Of a stretch of 49,228 bases of DNA, positions 7,340-16,250 are shown one piece after another (positions within the stretch are counted from its first letter, which is position 1; each line of letters opens with the position of its first letter). The notes below the pieces were generated by a model. That model was not told the origin of the DNA and made no database searches. It saw nothing but the letters and a program-made list of their open reading frames with translations. The DNA comes from Candidatus Hydrogenedentota bacterium (GTDB taxonomy: Bacteria > Hydrogenedentota > Hydrogenedentia > Hydrogenedentales > CAITNO01). Location: NCBI GenBank assembly GCA_023145975.1, contig JAGLCZ010000777.1:1-49228 (forward strand), read 5' to 3'. Position numbers and translations under genes: made by a program.

Positions 7340-9370
7340 CTACTCGGCAACCTCAACTGTAAATGTACGTTTTTGCACGTCTTTGTGCGTATCAGTCACT
7401 ATTAAACTTACAGAATAAATTCCCGGCTTGTCAAAACTGTGCACTACAATCTCCTTTCGAATACGTTTGCCCGCAAAATCCCATTCAATACGCTTCACCG
7501 CTTCCTGTGGATTATACCGAGCAAAACTGCCTGCAGGGAGTTGATCAGAGAGTGCTATGGGAAGCCTTCCGGAAGGAACACGCAATACCTCAAATCCATT
7601 GAAGGAGCGAGTTTCTCCAACACGCAGCTGGATTTTATCGGGAATAGGCATGATAGATATGGGACCATTCCCCAGCAGAATTTCTGCCATAGCACTCATG
7701 GTCTGATTAAGCATAACTGGATCACAGTATGCCAACAGCACGACATCTGCATCATTAAGCCTTGCCACATGAACAGGATTTCCCAAGTAGATAAGCACTA
7801 AATGCGGCACTTTCTCTTTTAAGGCACGAAGCAGTTCAATCTGCGATTCCACCCGCATATCATCCGTCAAAATACAGATCATTGTCCGTATCCCGGACAG
7901 ATGGCGTGTGAGCCGTTCTATCTCAAACCGTTGTATTTCACCAATATGCCGGGCAGTAACTATACGCTGCTGTGACACCGGTTTTAATTTTTTATTCAAT
8001 AGCTCCTGAAGTTCATCAACGCCGGTAACACCGGTAACACCAACGGGCGTACTCACCTTCTTGATTAGCGGCAACACATTTCCTTTGTTTCGAATCAACG
8101 TTATAGCCCGCCGTTCAATCTCCATACTTTCCGTAAGCAATGCCTTTTGCCTGCTGATCTTTTTCGCATGCTCTTCACTGACAGCCTTTTCCGGAATAAC
8201 CATGCCCTGTTTAAATATCAAAATACGCCGCAGCGATTCATCAATCCGCTCTTCCGATATTTTTCCATCATCCACCAGCCGGGAAATACATTCTACTGCA
8301 CGCATTACAGGAAGCAAATCGCTGTTCCAAAACAACATATCCGCCCCTGCCATAATCGCCTGTACTGCGGCGCTGCAAGAGTCATACTGCGACTCTAACA
8401 CCTCGTCATCGAGAGGACCGGAAACAATAACTCCTTCAAACCCCGCCTCCCCACGTAAAATATCTTTCATCACTACCGGCGAAAGACTCGCAGGCCGTTT
8501 CTTTAAATCCAGTGTAGGGACCAGCACATTACCCACGTGAATAATTTTCGCACCATGCTGTATAAGTTCATGGTAGGGTAATGCATCAGCGATAGCCAAT
8601 ATGGACCGGGGAGTTGTCAAAACGGATGCTCCCCGTCCAATATGATTCGCCCCGCCTCCCGGATAATTCATAGGCATCATCTCAATGCCCGCCTCAGCAA
8701 ATGCATCATAGAAAATGACCCCTGCCTCAGCGGCAAAATGAGGATCACTTCCAAAAGTATGTAAGGAAGCTACTGCACTGTCCAGTGTAGGTGCAAGAAG
8801 CAAGGAGGGACCAAGATGTAAGTTGAAACCCATGGAACGCAAATGTTCCGCCATGAAACGTCCCAATCTACGCGTAGTAGCACTTTCTCCAGCGGCAGTG
8901 ATAGATAATAACGACGGCAACTGAACAAATTGACTAGGCGTATTCCGCGTTGCCCGGGTCAATTGATACAAATCTGCGGCAATAAGAAAGGGCAAACCGC
9001 TGCTACTTTCCACCGCATGTAATGCGTTAACGTATGAGGCAGCAGTTCCGGGTTTGAAAGCATGGGGCATCACTACGCCACCCGGTAAGCAGGACTTAAA
9101 AAAAGCGACATCATTCACCGAAGGTCCGGTAAGGCCCTCAAGAGTTACCAACATCAACTGCGCCACCTTTGCAGTTAATGGCTGGCTAACTATAAACCGT
9201 TCAACCAAGTCTTCTGGAAGTGTTTCTTCCTCAATAAGCGCACGTTCCCAATCGGGTTTATCGCCTTCAGGCAAAAACGCCGACGGCTGCGCATAAAGAG
9301 GCACACTGAAAAACAGCAGCACAAATACTGAAAACAAAAACCTATTTACATTCAAATACAAAAAACTCAT
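7340..9370 (-). CDS. Exported glycoside hydrolase family 3-like protein with C-terminal PKD domain (catalytic residues apparently degenerate)
   Basis: A signal peptide is present (FLFSVFVLLFFSVPLYAQP). The sequence is collinear with the NagZ/GH3 N-domain (FLIAAD..., GFNLHLGPSL, SDPHFA, GFEGVIVS..., MAGADMLF). A GH3 C-domain-like segment is LIRNKGNVLPL. The PKD motif is WDFAG...HSFDKPGIYSVSLIVTD. Confidence 0.65.
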   Translation of the reverse strand: MSFLYLNVNRFLFSVFVLLFFSVPLYAQPSAFLPEGDKPDWERALIEEETLPEDLVERFIVSQPLTAKVAQLMLVTLEGLTGPSVNDVAFFKSCLPGGVVMPHAFKPGTAASYVNALHAVESSSGLPFLIAADLYQLTRATRNTPSQFVQLPSLLSITAAGESATTRRLGRFMAEHLRSMGFNLHLGPSLLLAPTLDSAVASLHTFGSDPHFAAEAGVIFYDAFAEAGIEMMPMNYPGGGANHIGRGASVLTTPRSILAIADALPYHELIQHGAKIIHVGNVLVPTLDLKKRPASLSPVVMKDILRGEAGFEGVIVSGPLDDEVLESQYDSCSAAVQAIMAGADMLFWNSDLLPVMRAVECISRLVDDGKISEERIDESLRRILIFKQGMVIPEKAVSEEHAKKISRQKALLTESMEIERRAITLIRNKGNVLPLIKKVSTPVGVTGVTGVDELQELLNKKLKPVSQQRIVTARHIGEIQRFEIERLTRHLSGIRTMICILTDDMRVESQIELLRALKEKVPHLVLIYLGNPVHVARLNDADVVLLAYCDPVMLNQTMSAMAEILLGNGPISIMPIPDKIQLRVGETRSFNGFEVLRVPSGRLPIALSDQLPAGSFARYNPQEAVKRIEWDFAGKRIRKEIVVHSFDKPGIYSVSLIVTDTHKDVQKRTFTVEVAE

Positions 9371-9399
9371 ACATCTCTCCTGAAAAAGAACTTGTTGAA

Positions 9400-10359
9400 T
9401 TAAAACTTCTGCAATCCTGTATAACGTTCCGTATCCATTTCCTGACGACTCAGTATATCGTAAAGTTCCGGGCGGCGTTGCGCAAAATTTCTGCTATGCG
9501 CCCGTACATCGCGAAGCATCTTCATATTAAGTTTCGCCCGTATTGCCTCTGCCCCGGTTTCCTCGGTATGCGCAAGAATCCGGTTGTGGTACTGCCCGAT
9601 CATGGTTCCTGCGCCATACGCCTGATTAGCCGTTATAATATGCACCTCGTTCTGGAACATAGCACTCTTGACAATATAATCCTCTACCCTGCCAGCTCGA
9701 CCATTTATCCAAACTATAATTTCTGCGCCCTTCAATGACAGTATTCGCCAAGGTTCCGGGAACCAACCATCATAACAAGTAAGAATCCCTATCCTTCCAA
9801 AATCCAATTCAAATACGGGAAGTTCCTCGCCTCGCTGCATAGTCCATTCCGGATCATTTTTGATGAACCACTGCTGTTCATGACCCGAAGGCGGGGCGGT
9901 ATAAGGTTTTTGATCTGCATCAAAGCCATCTACAGCAGCGTGTGTCTTGTAGTACTTACCAACAATATTACCGTCTCGTCCGAAGAGCAATGCCGCATTG
10001 GCATAGCTACTGTCCTCCAGCAATTCCCAGGAACCCACAATAACATGAATCCCCTGTTGACGAACCGCATCTCCAATCCGCTTGGTCTCCGCCCCTGGAA
10101 TTCTGATTCTGCCAAGGTGATACTCAGGAAATACCAGAAGATCAGTTTTATCTGCACCGGCCTGTTCAATATAAGGTAAAAGTGCCGCTACCGGATCAAT
10201 ACCCGGTTTTATAGCACCCATTTTATCGTAGCCATACAACTGTACCGCTGCAACAGAAATGGTATCCATGGACTGTTTATCCTTTCCTGCCCCTGCACGA
10301 AACGCCATACCCAGGGCAGACGCGGCAATACCTGTTTTCATAAATTCGCGACGCTTCAT
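9400..10359 (-). CDS. Carbon-nitrogen hydrolase (nitrilase superfamily) with twin-arginine signal peptide
   Basis: The Tat-type N-terminus is MKRREFMKTGIAASALGMAF. The E-K-C triad context is LVFPEYHLG, YYKTH and GILTCYDGWFPE. The gene lies 29 nt upstream of the GH3-like gene on the same strand. Confidence 0.8.
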   Translation of the reverse strand: MKRREFMKTGIAASALGMAFRAGAGKDKQSMDTISVAAVQLYGYDKMGAIKPGIDPVAALLPYIEQAGADKTDLLVFPEYHLGRIRIPGAETKRIGDAVRQQGIHVIVGSWELLEDSSYANAALLFGRDGNIVGKYYKTHAAVDGFDADQKPYTAPPSGHEQQWFIKNDPEWTMQRGEELPVFELDFGRIGILTCYDGWFPEPWRILSLKGAEIIVWINGRAGRVEDYIVKSAMFQNEVHIITANQAYGAGTMIGQYHNRILAHTEETGAEAIRAKLNMKMLRDVRAHSRNFAQRRPELYDILSRQEMDTERYTGLQKF

Positions 10360-10432
10360 GGATTTGACAAATCTTTCCTTTACAATTCTGTTTAAGTATA
10401 ATATACACTATTATAAAACGCTCTCTTCAAAG

Positions 10433-10462
10433 ATACAAATTAGATTATAATCTAGTTTGTAT
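10433..10462. promoter_or_regulatory. 30-nt near-perfect palindrome (candidate operator) in the divergent C-N hydrolase / aroK intergenic region
   Basis: The sequence is atacaaaTtagattataatctaGtttgtat, with 14 of 15 arm positions complementary. The perfect 14-nt core tagattataatcta contains TATAAT (10446-10451), which reads as a -10-like hexamer on both strands. Confidence 0.4.
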
Positions 10463-10545
10463 TCGTCATCCTATTCATTATAAATTTGCACACGACCTCA
10501 TTCAGCATATATACGACAAACTGCCAAAACTCTGGAGATTCATCA

Positions 10546-11070
10546 GTGAACCCACACATCCATTCTGGTACCAACATTATATTGATTGGCATGCCGTGGA
10601 GCGGCAAAAGCAGTATGGGGCTAATGCTCGCCAAATTATTGGCACGCCCTTTCCTCGATACCGACATTGTAATACAAGCCGGGGAAAACCGTACCCTCCA
10701 GACAATTATTGACCAGGAGGGTGCAGACACACTGCAGCACTTGGAAGAACACTATGTTCTTGGTCTTACCTGCCGTAGTCATATCATTGCCACTGGAGGC
10801 AGCGTGGTTTATAGCGATGCTGCCATAAATCACCTTAAAAAGAATGGCTGCTGTGTATATCTGCAAGTACCGCTTTCCGAATTGGAAGGACGCACCACTG
10901 ACATAGCCTACCGCGGTCTCGTACGTGCACCCGGTCAAGGTATGGTCGAACTCTATGCAGAGAGAACGCCACTCTACGAACACTATGCCGATATTGTCGT
11001 CCATTGTGCTGCAATGAACCAGGCGCAAGTACTGGATAAATTAATAAAAGAACTGGATATCAAATTATAA
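10546..11070 (+). CDS. aroK: Shikimate kinase
   Basis: NIILIGMPWSGKSSMGLMLAKLLARPFLDTD carries the Walker A motif close to the N-terminus. I prefer the GTG at 10546, which is preceded by GGAG 8 nt upstream. The ORF-track TTG at 10486 adds 20 residues. Confidence 0.8.
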   Translation: MNPHIHSGTNIILIGMPWSGKSSMGLMLAKLLARPFLDTDIVIQAGENRTLQTIIDQEGADTLQHLEEHYVLGLTCRSHIIATGGSVVYSDAAINHLKKNGCCVYLQVPLSELEGRTTDIAYRGLVRAPGQGMVELYAERTPLYEHYADIVVHCAAMNQAQVLDKLIKELDIKL

Positions 11071-11206
11071 TAGCTCTGAAGCAAAAAACATAATATTACA
11101 AAAACAGCCCTGTAAATTGAATACGCCCTCCTGTCATGATAAAATTTATAGAAATGAGATCAATTGTCAATACTTTTCAGCAACCCTGTAAGGAACCCCC
11201 TATACC

Positions 11207-12577
11207 ATGCCATTTATTAATCCTGAAATTTTTCGAGAATATGACATTCGCGGCATCGTAGGCACGGATATTGATGAGTCCGTTATGGAACGGTTGGGCA
11301 TGGCCTATGCCGCATACCTGCGCGGCAAGAAAAAATATAATACCGTGGTGATTGCCCGGGATGGACGACTTTCCGGAAAAGTACTGGCAAATGCAGTCAT
11401 AGACGGAATAACGGCCTGCGGCATCAACGTGATTGATATTGGCATGGCGCCCACACCGGTACTTTACCATGCATTGAATATTTTGAAGGTGGATGGCGGT
11501 CTTATGCTCACTGCGAGCCATAATCCTAAAAACTATAATGGAATGAAAGTCGCCGTTGGTAAAGCCACCATCTACGGTGAAGAAATACAAAAATTAAAAC
11601 GCATCGCTGAAAAAAATATTTTTCCCCTGTCCAAAAAAACGGTCACCATTACGCGTATGAACATGTTCGATAAATACATGGCACGTGTGAAACGGGGCAT
11701 TACCCTTAAACGCAAATTAAAAGTGGTGGTAGACGCCGGCAACGGCGTCGGCGGCATAGTCGCAATCCCTTTATACGAAGCACTGGGCTGTGAAGTTATT
11801 CCCCTGTACTGCGAAGTCGATGGAAATTTCCCGAACCACCACCCGGATCCGACAAAACGGGAAAATCTTAAGGGCCTTATCCGCGCTGTTAAAAAACACA
11901 AAGCAGACTTGGGTATCGGCTTTGACGGCGATGTAGATCGGCTGGGCGGCTGTGATGAAAAGGGTAACATGCTCCCCGGCGACCGGCTATTAGCCTTGTT
12001 CGCACGCGCAATCCTAAAAGAGAAGCCTGGTGCCACTATCATGGGCGAAGTAAAATGCAGTCGCAGTTTATATGAAGATATTGAAAGTCATGGTGGAAAA
12101 GCAATCATGTGGCGCACAGGGCACAGCCATATCAAAGCAGCCATGAAAACCCATCATGCAGAAATCGCGGGCGAAATGAGTGGACACATTTTCTTCAAGC
12201 ATCGCTGGTACGGCTTCGATGATGCCATATACGCCGGCGCACGCCTAATGGAACTGCTCGCCGCAGGAAAACGCCCTCTAAGCGCACACTTGGCGGAAAT
12301 AAAGGAACGTCCCACCACCCCCGAAATGGACCTGGACTGCCCGGACAACAAAAAATTTGAGGTTGTGGCAGCAGCGACACGCTATTTCAAGGAGGAATTA
12401 AAATTAGATGTGGTCACTATTGACGGTGCCCGCATCGAATTTCCTGATGGATGGGGATTACTACGCGCCTCGAATACAGCACCAAAACTGGTCATGCGTG
12501 TGGAAGCGGACACCCGCAAGCGGGTAAAAGAAATTGAAAAAATCATTCGAGATGCACTGGATCGCTTTGGTGCGTAA
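11207..12577 (+). CDS. Phosphomannomutase/phosphoglucomutase (alpha-D-phosphohexomutase family)
   Basis: Motifs are IFREYDIRGIVG, TASHNPKNYNGMK (phosphoserine loop), GFDGDVDR (metal loop) and GEMSGH. Confidence 0.88.
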   Translation: MPFINPEIFREYDIRGIVGTDIDESVMERLGMAYAAYLRGKKKYNTVVIARDGRLSGKVLANAVIDGITACGINVIDIGMAPTPVLYHALNILKVDGGLMLTASHNPKNYNGMKVAVGKATIYGEEIQKLKRIAEKNIFPLSKKTVTITRMNMFDKYMARVKRGITLKRKLKVVVDAGNGVGGIVAIPLYEALGCEVIPLYCEVDGNFPNHHPDPTKRENLKGLIRAVKKHKADLGIGFDGDVDRLGGCDEKGNMLPGDRLLALFARAILKEKPGATIMGEVKCSRSLYEDIESHGGKAIMWRTGHSHIKAAMKTHHAEIAGEMSGHIFFKHRWYGFDDAIYAGARLMELLAAGKRPLSAHLAEIKERPTTPEMDLDCPDNKKFEVVAAATRYFKEELKLDVVTIDGARIEFPDGWGLLRASNTAPKLVMRVEADTRKRVKEIEKIIRDALDRFGA

Positions 12578-12586
12578 TATATCTCC

Positions 12587-14131
12587 ATGCCCAAAATAAC
12601 TTTCAGACTTCTTCTTGCTGTACTCTATCTGGGCGTCCTGCTCTATGGAGGCGGCTACCTGTTACAGTGGGTACAATCTTTTTCAGGGGTTATTATTGTT
12701 GAAAAAGGACGCACAGAACAATGGGTAACCCGTCCCGCTGAAGGAGGCGGCAGCTTCTCTACGCCCCACCGCAATATGCCTGCCGAAGTTATTAGTTTTA
12801 ATAACCGCCGTGCAGCCGTTCACATACTCGGCACCAATGACCAATTTGATGCTGCATCCCTTCCCTTTCAACTAAAATTGACGGGTATCGAAATACTCGA
12901 ACAATGCCCCGATGAAGAAAGCCTCGAAGTCATCTTCCCCGGGGAAAAATTTACAGTAAAAGTGAAGCAGGACAAAAAAATTACAATCCCCGAAGGAACC
13001 ATTGTCATACGAGGTATGAAGCCTTGGCGTGGTCTCTTCCGTGACGGTCGTGGTGAAGCCATGGCAACAGTTTCACTTAAATCCGATAACGGCTCCTGGT
13101 CGCCCGCTGTGTTCATCGATACGAAAACTACTGTCCGCCCTCGACCACATCTTGCAATTTCGTTACGCTGGTTTCCTGATGAAAAACAAGCCGAAGTTCC
13201 CCTCCCTGCCGATGCCATTTTAGCAAGCCAAACCCGTTGGGGTATAAAAGATACAAAATGTATCCATTGGTTTAACTCTCTAATGCCTGGAACAGGAATT
13301 ACTACGTCCAATAATACAAAATATATTCTGCTTGATGTCGTTTCCGGAAATACAAAAGATTCACCGCCAATAACTGCCATTGTGGTAGGTCAAACGGCAG
13401 GAAACAAAAAAAACACCCTCCGTATCAATGCAAACCAAAGTGAAGAAGAGGATATTGTTCTATTGGAGTCCCATTATGATTCCAATGCAGTACGCCTTCA
13501 TGGCTGGCATGATGGTTCAGTAATGGCACTGGTTTATCATCAGGGAATACATCAGAAATCAACGGTACTTAAGGAACGGGATACCCTGAAAATAAAAATG
13601 GGGGAAGAACTACTGCTTCTTCGACTCGACCAGGTTATGCATACTGCCATCCCCATCTTCGGTGAAAATAGCGTTGCTCTTGTACTGGAAACTCCAAGTG
13701 GTGAAATACAATTGCGCGAAGGACAGGGCATACAACTTAAAGAATCACACCTACGCTTCCGCCGTCTGCCACACCCCTCTTTAATACGCTATACATTCCA
13801 AACCATTGAAACCAGCCCTAACAAGAAAACGCACTCCTTCTCATTATCTCCCGGAGAAAGCCGACACATCGGGAAATGGTACTTCACCAATGACATAGAA
13901 CACCTTGAAAATGAAACTATTGCCGTACTCCATGCGCAGCGTGTCCCGGGAACCCCCTCCCAATATCTCGGCGGGTTACTATTTCTAGTTGGTGCAATCG
14001 GACTACTCATCTTCCGTTTTGCAAATTGGAACAGCATAAGCCATGAAGATGCAGGAAAAATCTTTGATGCTGATAAATGGACAGCAATCCCCCCTGAAAA
14101 TGACATATCGAACCCTGCCCACGAAGACTAA
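12587..14131 (+). CDS. Hypothetical bitopic membrane protein (N- and C-terminal TM helices, large intervening domain)
   Basis: This is a 514-aa ORF starting 9 nt after the phosphomannomutase stop. TM-like segments are FRLLLAVLYLGVLLYGGGYLL and YLGGLLFLVGAIGLLIFRF. I recognise no family motif. Confidence 0.6.
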   Translation: MPKITFRLLLAVLYLGVLLYGGGYLLQWVQSFSGVIIVEKGRTEQWVTRPAEGGGSFSTPHRNMPAEVISFNNRRAAVHILGTNDQFDAASLPFQLKLTGIEILEQCPDEESLEVIFPGEKFTVKVKQDKKITIPEGTIVIRGMKPWRGLFRDGRGEAMATVSLKSDNGSWSPAVFIDTKTTVRPRPHLAISLRWFPDEKQAEVPLPADAILASQTRWGIKDTKCIHWFNSLMPGTGITTSNNTKYILLDVVSGNTKDSPPITAIVVGQTAGNKKNTLRINANQSEEEDIVLLESHYDSNAVRLHGWHDGSVMALVYHQGIHQKSTVLKERDTLKIKMGEELLLLRLDQVMHTAIPIFGENSVALVLETPSGEIQLREGQGIQLKESHLRFRRLPHPSLIRYTFQTIETSPNKKTHSFSLSPGESRHIGKWYFTNDIEHLENETIAVLHAQRVPGTPSQYLGGLLFLVGAIGLLIFRFANWNSISHEDAGKIFDADKWTAIPPENDISNPAHED

Positions 14132-14181
14132 TATCCGTAAATTTCAGAAATGCACTACTCTTTTATTCTCGTGTTCCAGTG

Positions 14182-14388
14182 CTATACCTTTTGCCCCATA
14201 TCTTCACAACGATTCCCATCCCCCTTACAACATAGCATCTCACCATTCTCGCCCGGAACCGGTCCTTTACAACCAAGCTTACGTTCGCCAAGCCGTTTGG
14301 CGGCAAGCATATGAACGACGCTCCATCCCATCACCACGACGAAAAAAAATCCCATTGAAATAACCAGCGAAAAAAATAACGTATTCAT
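14182..14388 (-). CDS. Small single-pass membrane protein with Cys-rich C-terminal tail (hypothetical)
   Basis: The product is MNTLFFSLVISMGFFFVVVMGWSVVHML...GCKGPVPGENGEMLCCKGDGNRCE. The ATG at 14388 is preceded by GGAG with a 6-nt spacer. The longer ORF-track start at 14430 has no well-spaced SD. Confidence 0.45.
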   Translation of the reverse strand: MNTLFFSLVISMGFFFVVVMGWSVVHMLAAKRLGERKLGCKGPVPGENGEMLCCKGDGNRCEDMGQKV

Positions 14389-14470
14389 CAAAAACTCCAA
14401 AATATCTTTAGTAAAAAAGTAGAACTCCATTTCCCTTACTATCCATTCAGGTGAAATCCCGAAAATTATA

Positions 14471-16021
14471 TCATGTTTTATATCGCTTCGGATCTATGGT
14501 ATGTTTTTCCACACGCAAACCCATAAGCCGTTCACTGACCCCCAGTTGCCGCGCCGCTTTTGCTTTGTTGCCTTTGGTGTCCTTCAACGCTTCCACAATC
14601 ATTTCGCGTTCCATCCGTTCAAGAGTTTCTTCCAATGTCCCTTTGATGATGGTATTGCTGGCTTCAGAAGTCTGCAGCGTAGGCGGAAGATGATGCCCAT
14701 GTACCACATCATCATTGGTAAGCAAGACAGCACGTTCAATGCAGTTCTCCAGCTCACGGACATTTCCGGGCCAATGATAACTCATCATCATATCAATAGC
14801 GGGTGTTGAAACACGACGCACATACTTACTATTTTCTCTGCTATATTTTTCCACAAAAAAATTGGCCAATTCGAGAATATCCGTTCTACGTTCACGCAAT
14901 GGCGGTACATTAATGGGAAATACATTAAGCCGATAATAAAGGTCCTGTCGAAACAGCCCCGTTTCCATAAGTTTCTCCAACTCACGGTTGGTAGCAGCTA
15001 TAATACGTACATTCACTTTTATAGTATCTGTACCACCTACCCGCTCGAATTCACGCTCCTGAATAACACGCAGCAAACGTATCTGCATCTGCGGTGATAA
15101 ATCGCCTATTTCATCCAGAAATATAGTGCCGTGGTGCGCCAGCTCAAAACGCCCTTTTCGACTACGCACCGCCCCGGTAAAAGCGCCTCTTTCGTGCCCA
15201 AACAATTCACTTTCAATAATATTTTCGGGCAGGGCAGCACAATTCACACGTATAAACGGTTTAGAAGCACGATCACTATTATAGTGTATCGACTGTGCCA
15301 CTAATTCCTTACCCACGCCGCTTTCTCCCCGGATCAGTACCGTCGCCTCACTCTTCGCCACTTGAAAAATCATGTCAAAAACCAGCTGCATTGCCTTGCT
15401 GCGACCAATCATATTCGCTGGATGGAACTTTTTGCGTAATTCATCCTGTAATCGTGTGTTTTCCTCAAGGAGTCGGTCATGCTCTTCCTGGGTGCTTTGG
15501 CGTAAACGAACGGCACGTGAAATAAGCGATGCAATAATAGACATCAGGCGAAAATCTTCATTAAGGGAAATACCTTCGTCGAAAATCCGATCAGCGCTAA
15601 GGGCACCAATCACCGCTGTCTCCATTTTTATGGGAACACAAATATAGGATATTTCTTCGCGGACAAATTCCTCGCGTGCATGGGTTCGGTTTAGAAACAT
15701 AGGCTCCTGGGAAATACTTGGAATAATCACAGGACGTCCTGTATGCACGACTTTACCAACGACTCCCTCACCTAACTGATACCGTCCACGCTGCAGCTGT
15801 TCCGGAGACAGACCATGGGCAGCACAAATCACTATTTCGCTCATTCCCCGATTTAACAAGGTTATCGTACCGCGCAACATACCGGTATGTTTAGCAATAA
15901 CCTTCAGTACAGGCCCTAATTCGTCCCGCAAGTCAACACTTCGATCCAGTATCTCGCTAATCTCGTACAGCAATGTGAGTTCACTCACTTCACGCCGTAC
16001 TACAGCAGTATCAGAAATCAT
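14471..16021 (-). CDS. Sigma-54-dependent transcriptional activator, NifA-like (GAF - AAA+ - Fis-type HTH)
   Basis: The N-terminal GAF-like region contains [14 protein letters not shown]... The AAA+ motifs are GESGVGKE and [15 protein letters not shown]. The C-terminal HTH is [22 protein letters not shown]. Confidence 0.88.
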   Translation of the reverse strand: MISDTAVVRREVSELTLLYEISEILDRSVDLRDELGPVLKVIAKHTGMLRGTITLLNRGMSEIVICAAHGLSPEQLQRGRYQLGEGVVGKVVHTGRPVIIPSISQEPMFLNRTHAREEFVREEISYICVPIKMETAVIGALSADRIFDEGISLNEDFRLMSIIASLISRAVRLRQSTQEEHDRLLEENTRLQDELRKKFHPANMIGRSKAMQLVFDMIFQVAKSEATVLIRGESGVGKELVAQSIHYNSDRASKPFIRVNCAALPENIIESELFGHERGAFTGAVRSRKGRFELAHHGTIFLDEIGDLSPQMQIRLLRVIQEREFERVGGTDTIKVNVRIIAATNRELEKLMETGLFRQDLYYRLNVFPINVPPLRERRTDILELANFFVEKYSRENSKYVRRVSTPAIDMMMSYHWPGNVRELENCIERAVLLTNDDVVHGHHLPPTLQTSEASNTIIKGTLEETLERMEREMIVEALKDTKGNKAKAARQLGVSERLMGLRVEKHTIDPKRYKT

Positions 16022-16184
16022 ACACCTACCTTTTGGTTACAAAAAAAGTCTAAAATCACCTTTTGGTATGAATTATACGCCTTATTCCTCTTCTTTTCCA
16101 AGGAAAAGGCGGATAAAAAGATACAATTAAGAAGTTCTCTGCTAATCTAATTCTGCTTTGGGAAAATATCACCGAAAAATCTGT

Positions 16185-16216
16185 AAAAAAAACGCCGAAG
16201 CAATAATGCTTCGACG
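16185..16216 (-). terminator. Rho-independent terminator downstream of glmS
   Basis: On the minus strand the hairpin is cgtcgaagca-ttat-tgcttcggcg, followed by T8 (plus-strand A-run 16185-16192). It lies 35 nt after the glmS stop. Confidence 0.65.
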
Positions 16217-16250
16217 TCAAAATCAAAAGGATATGTACTCTCGAAAAGAA

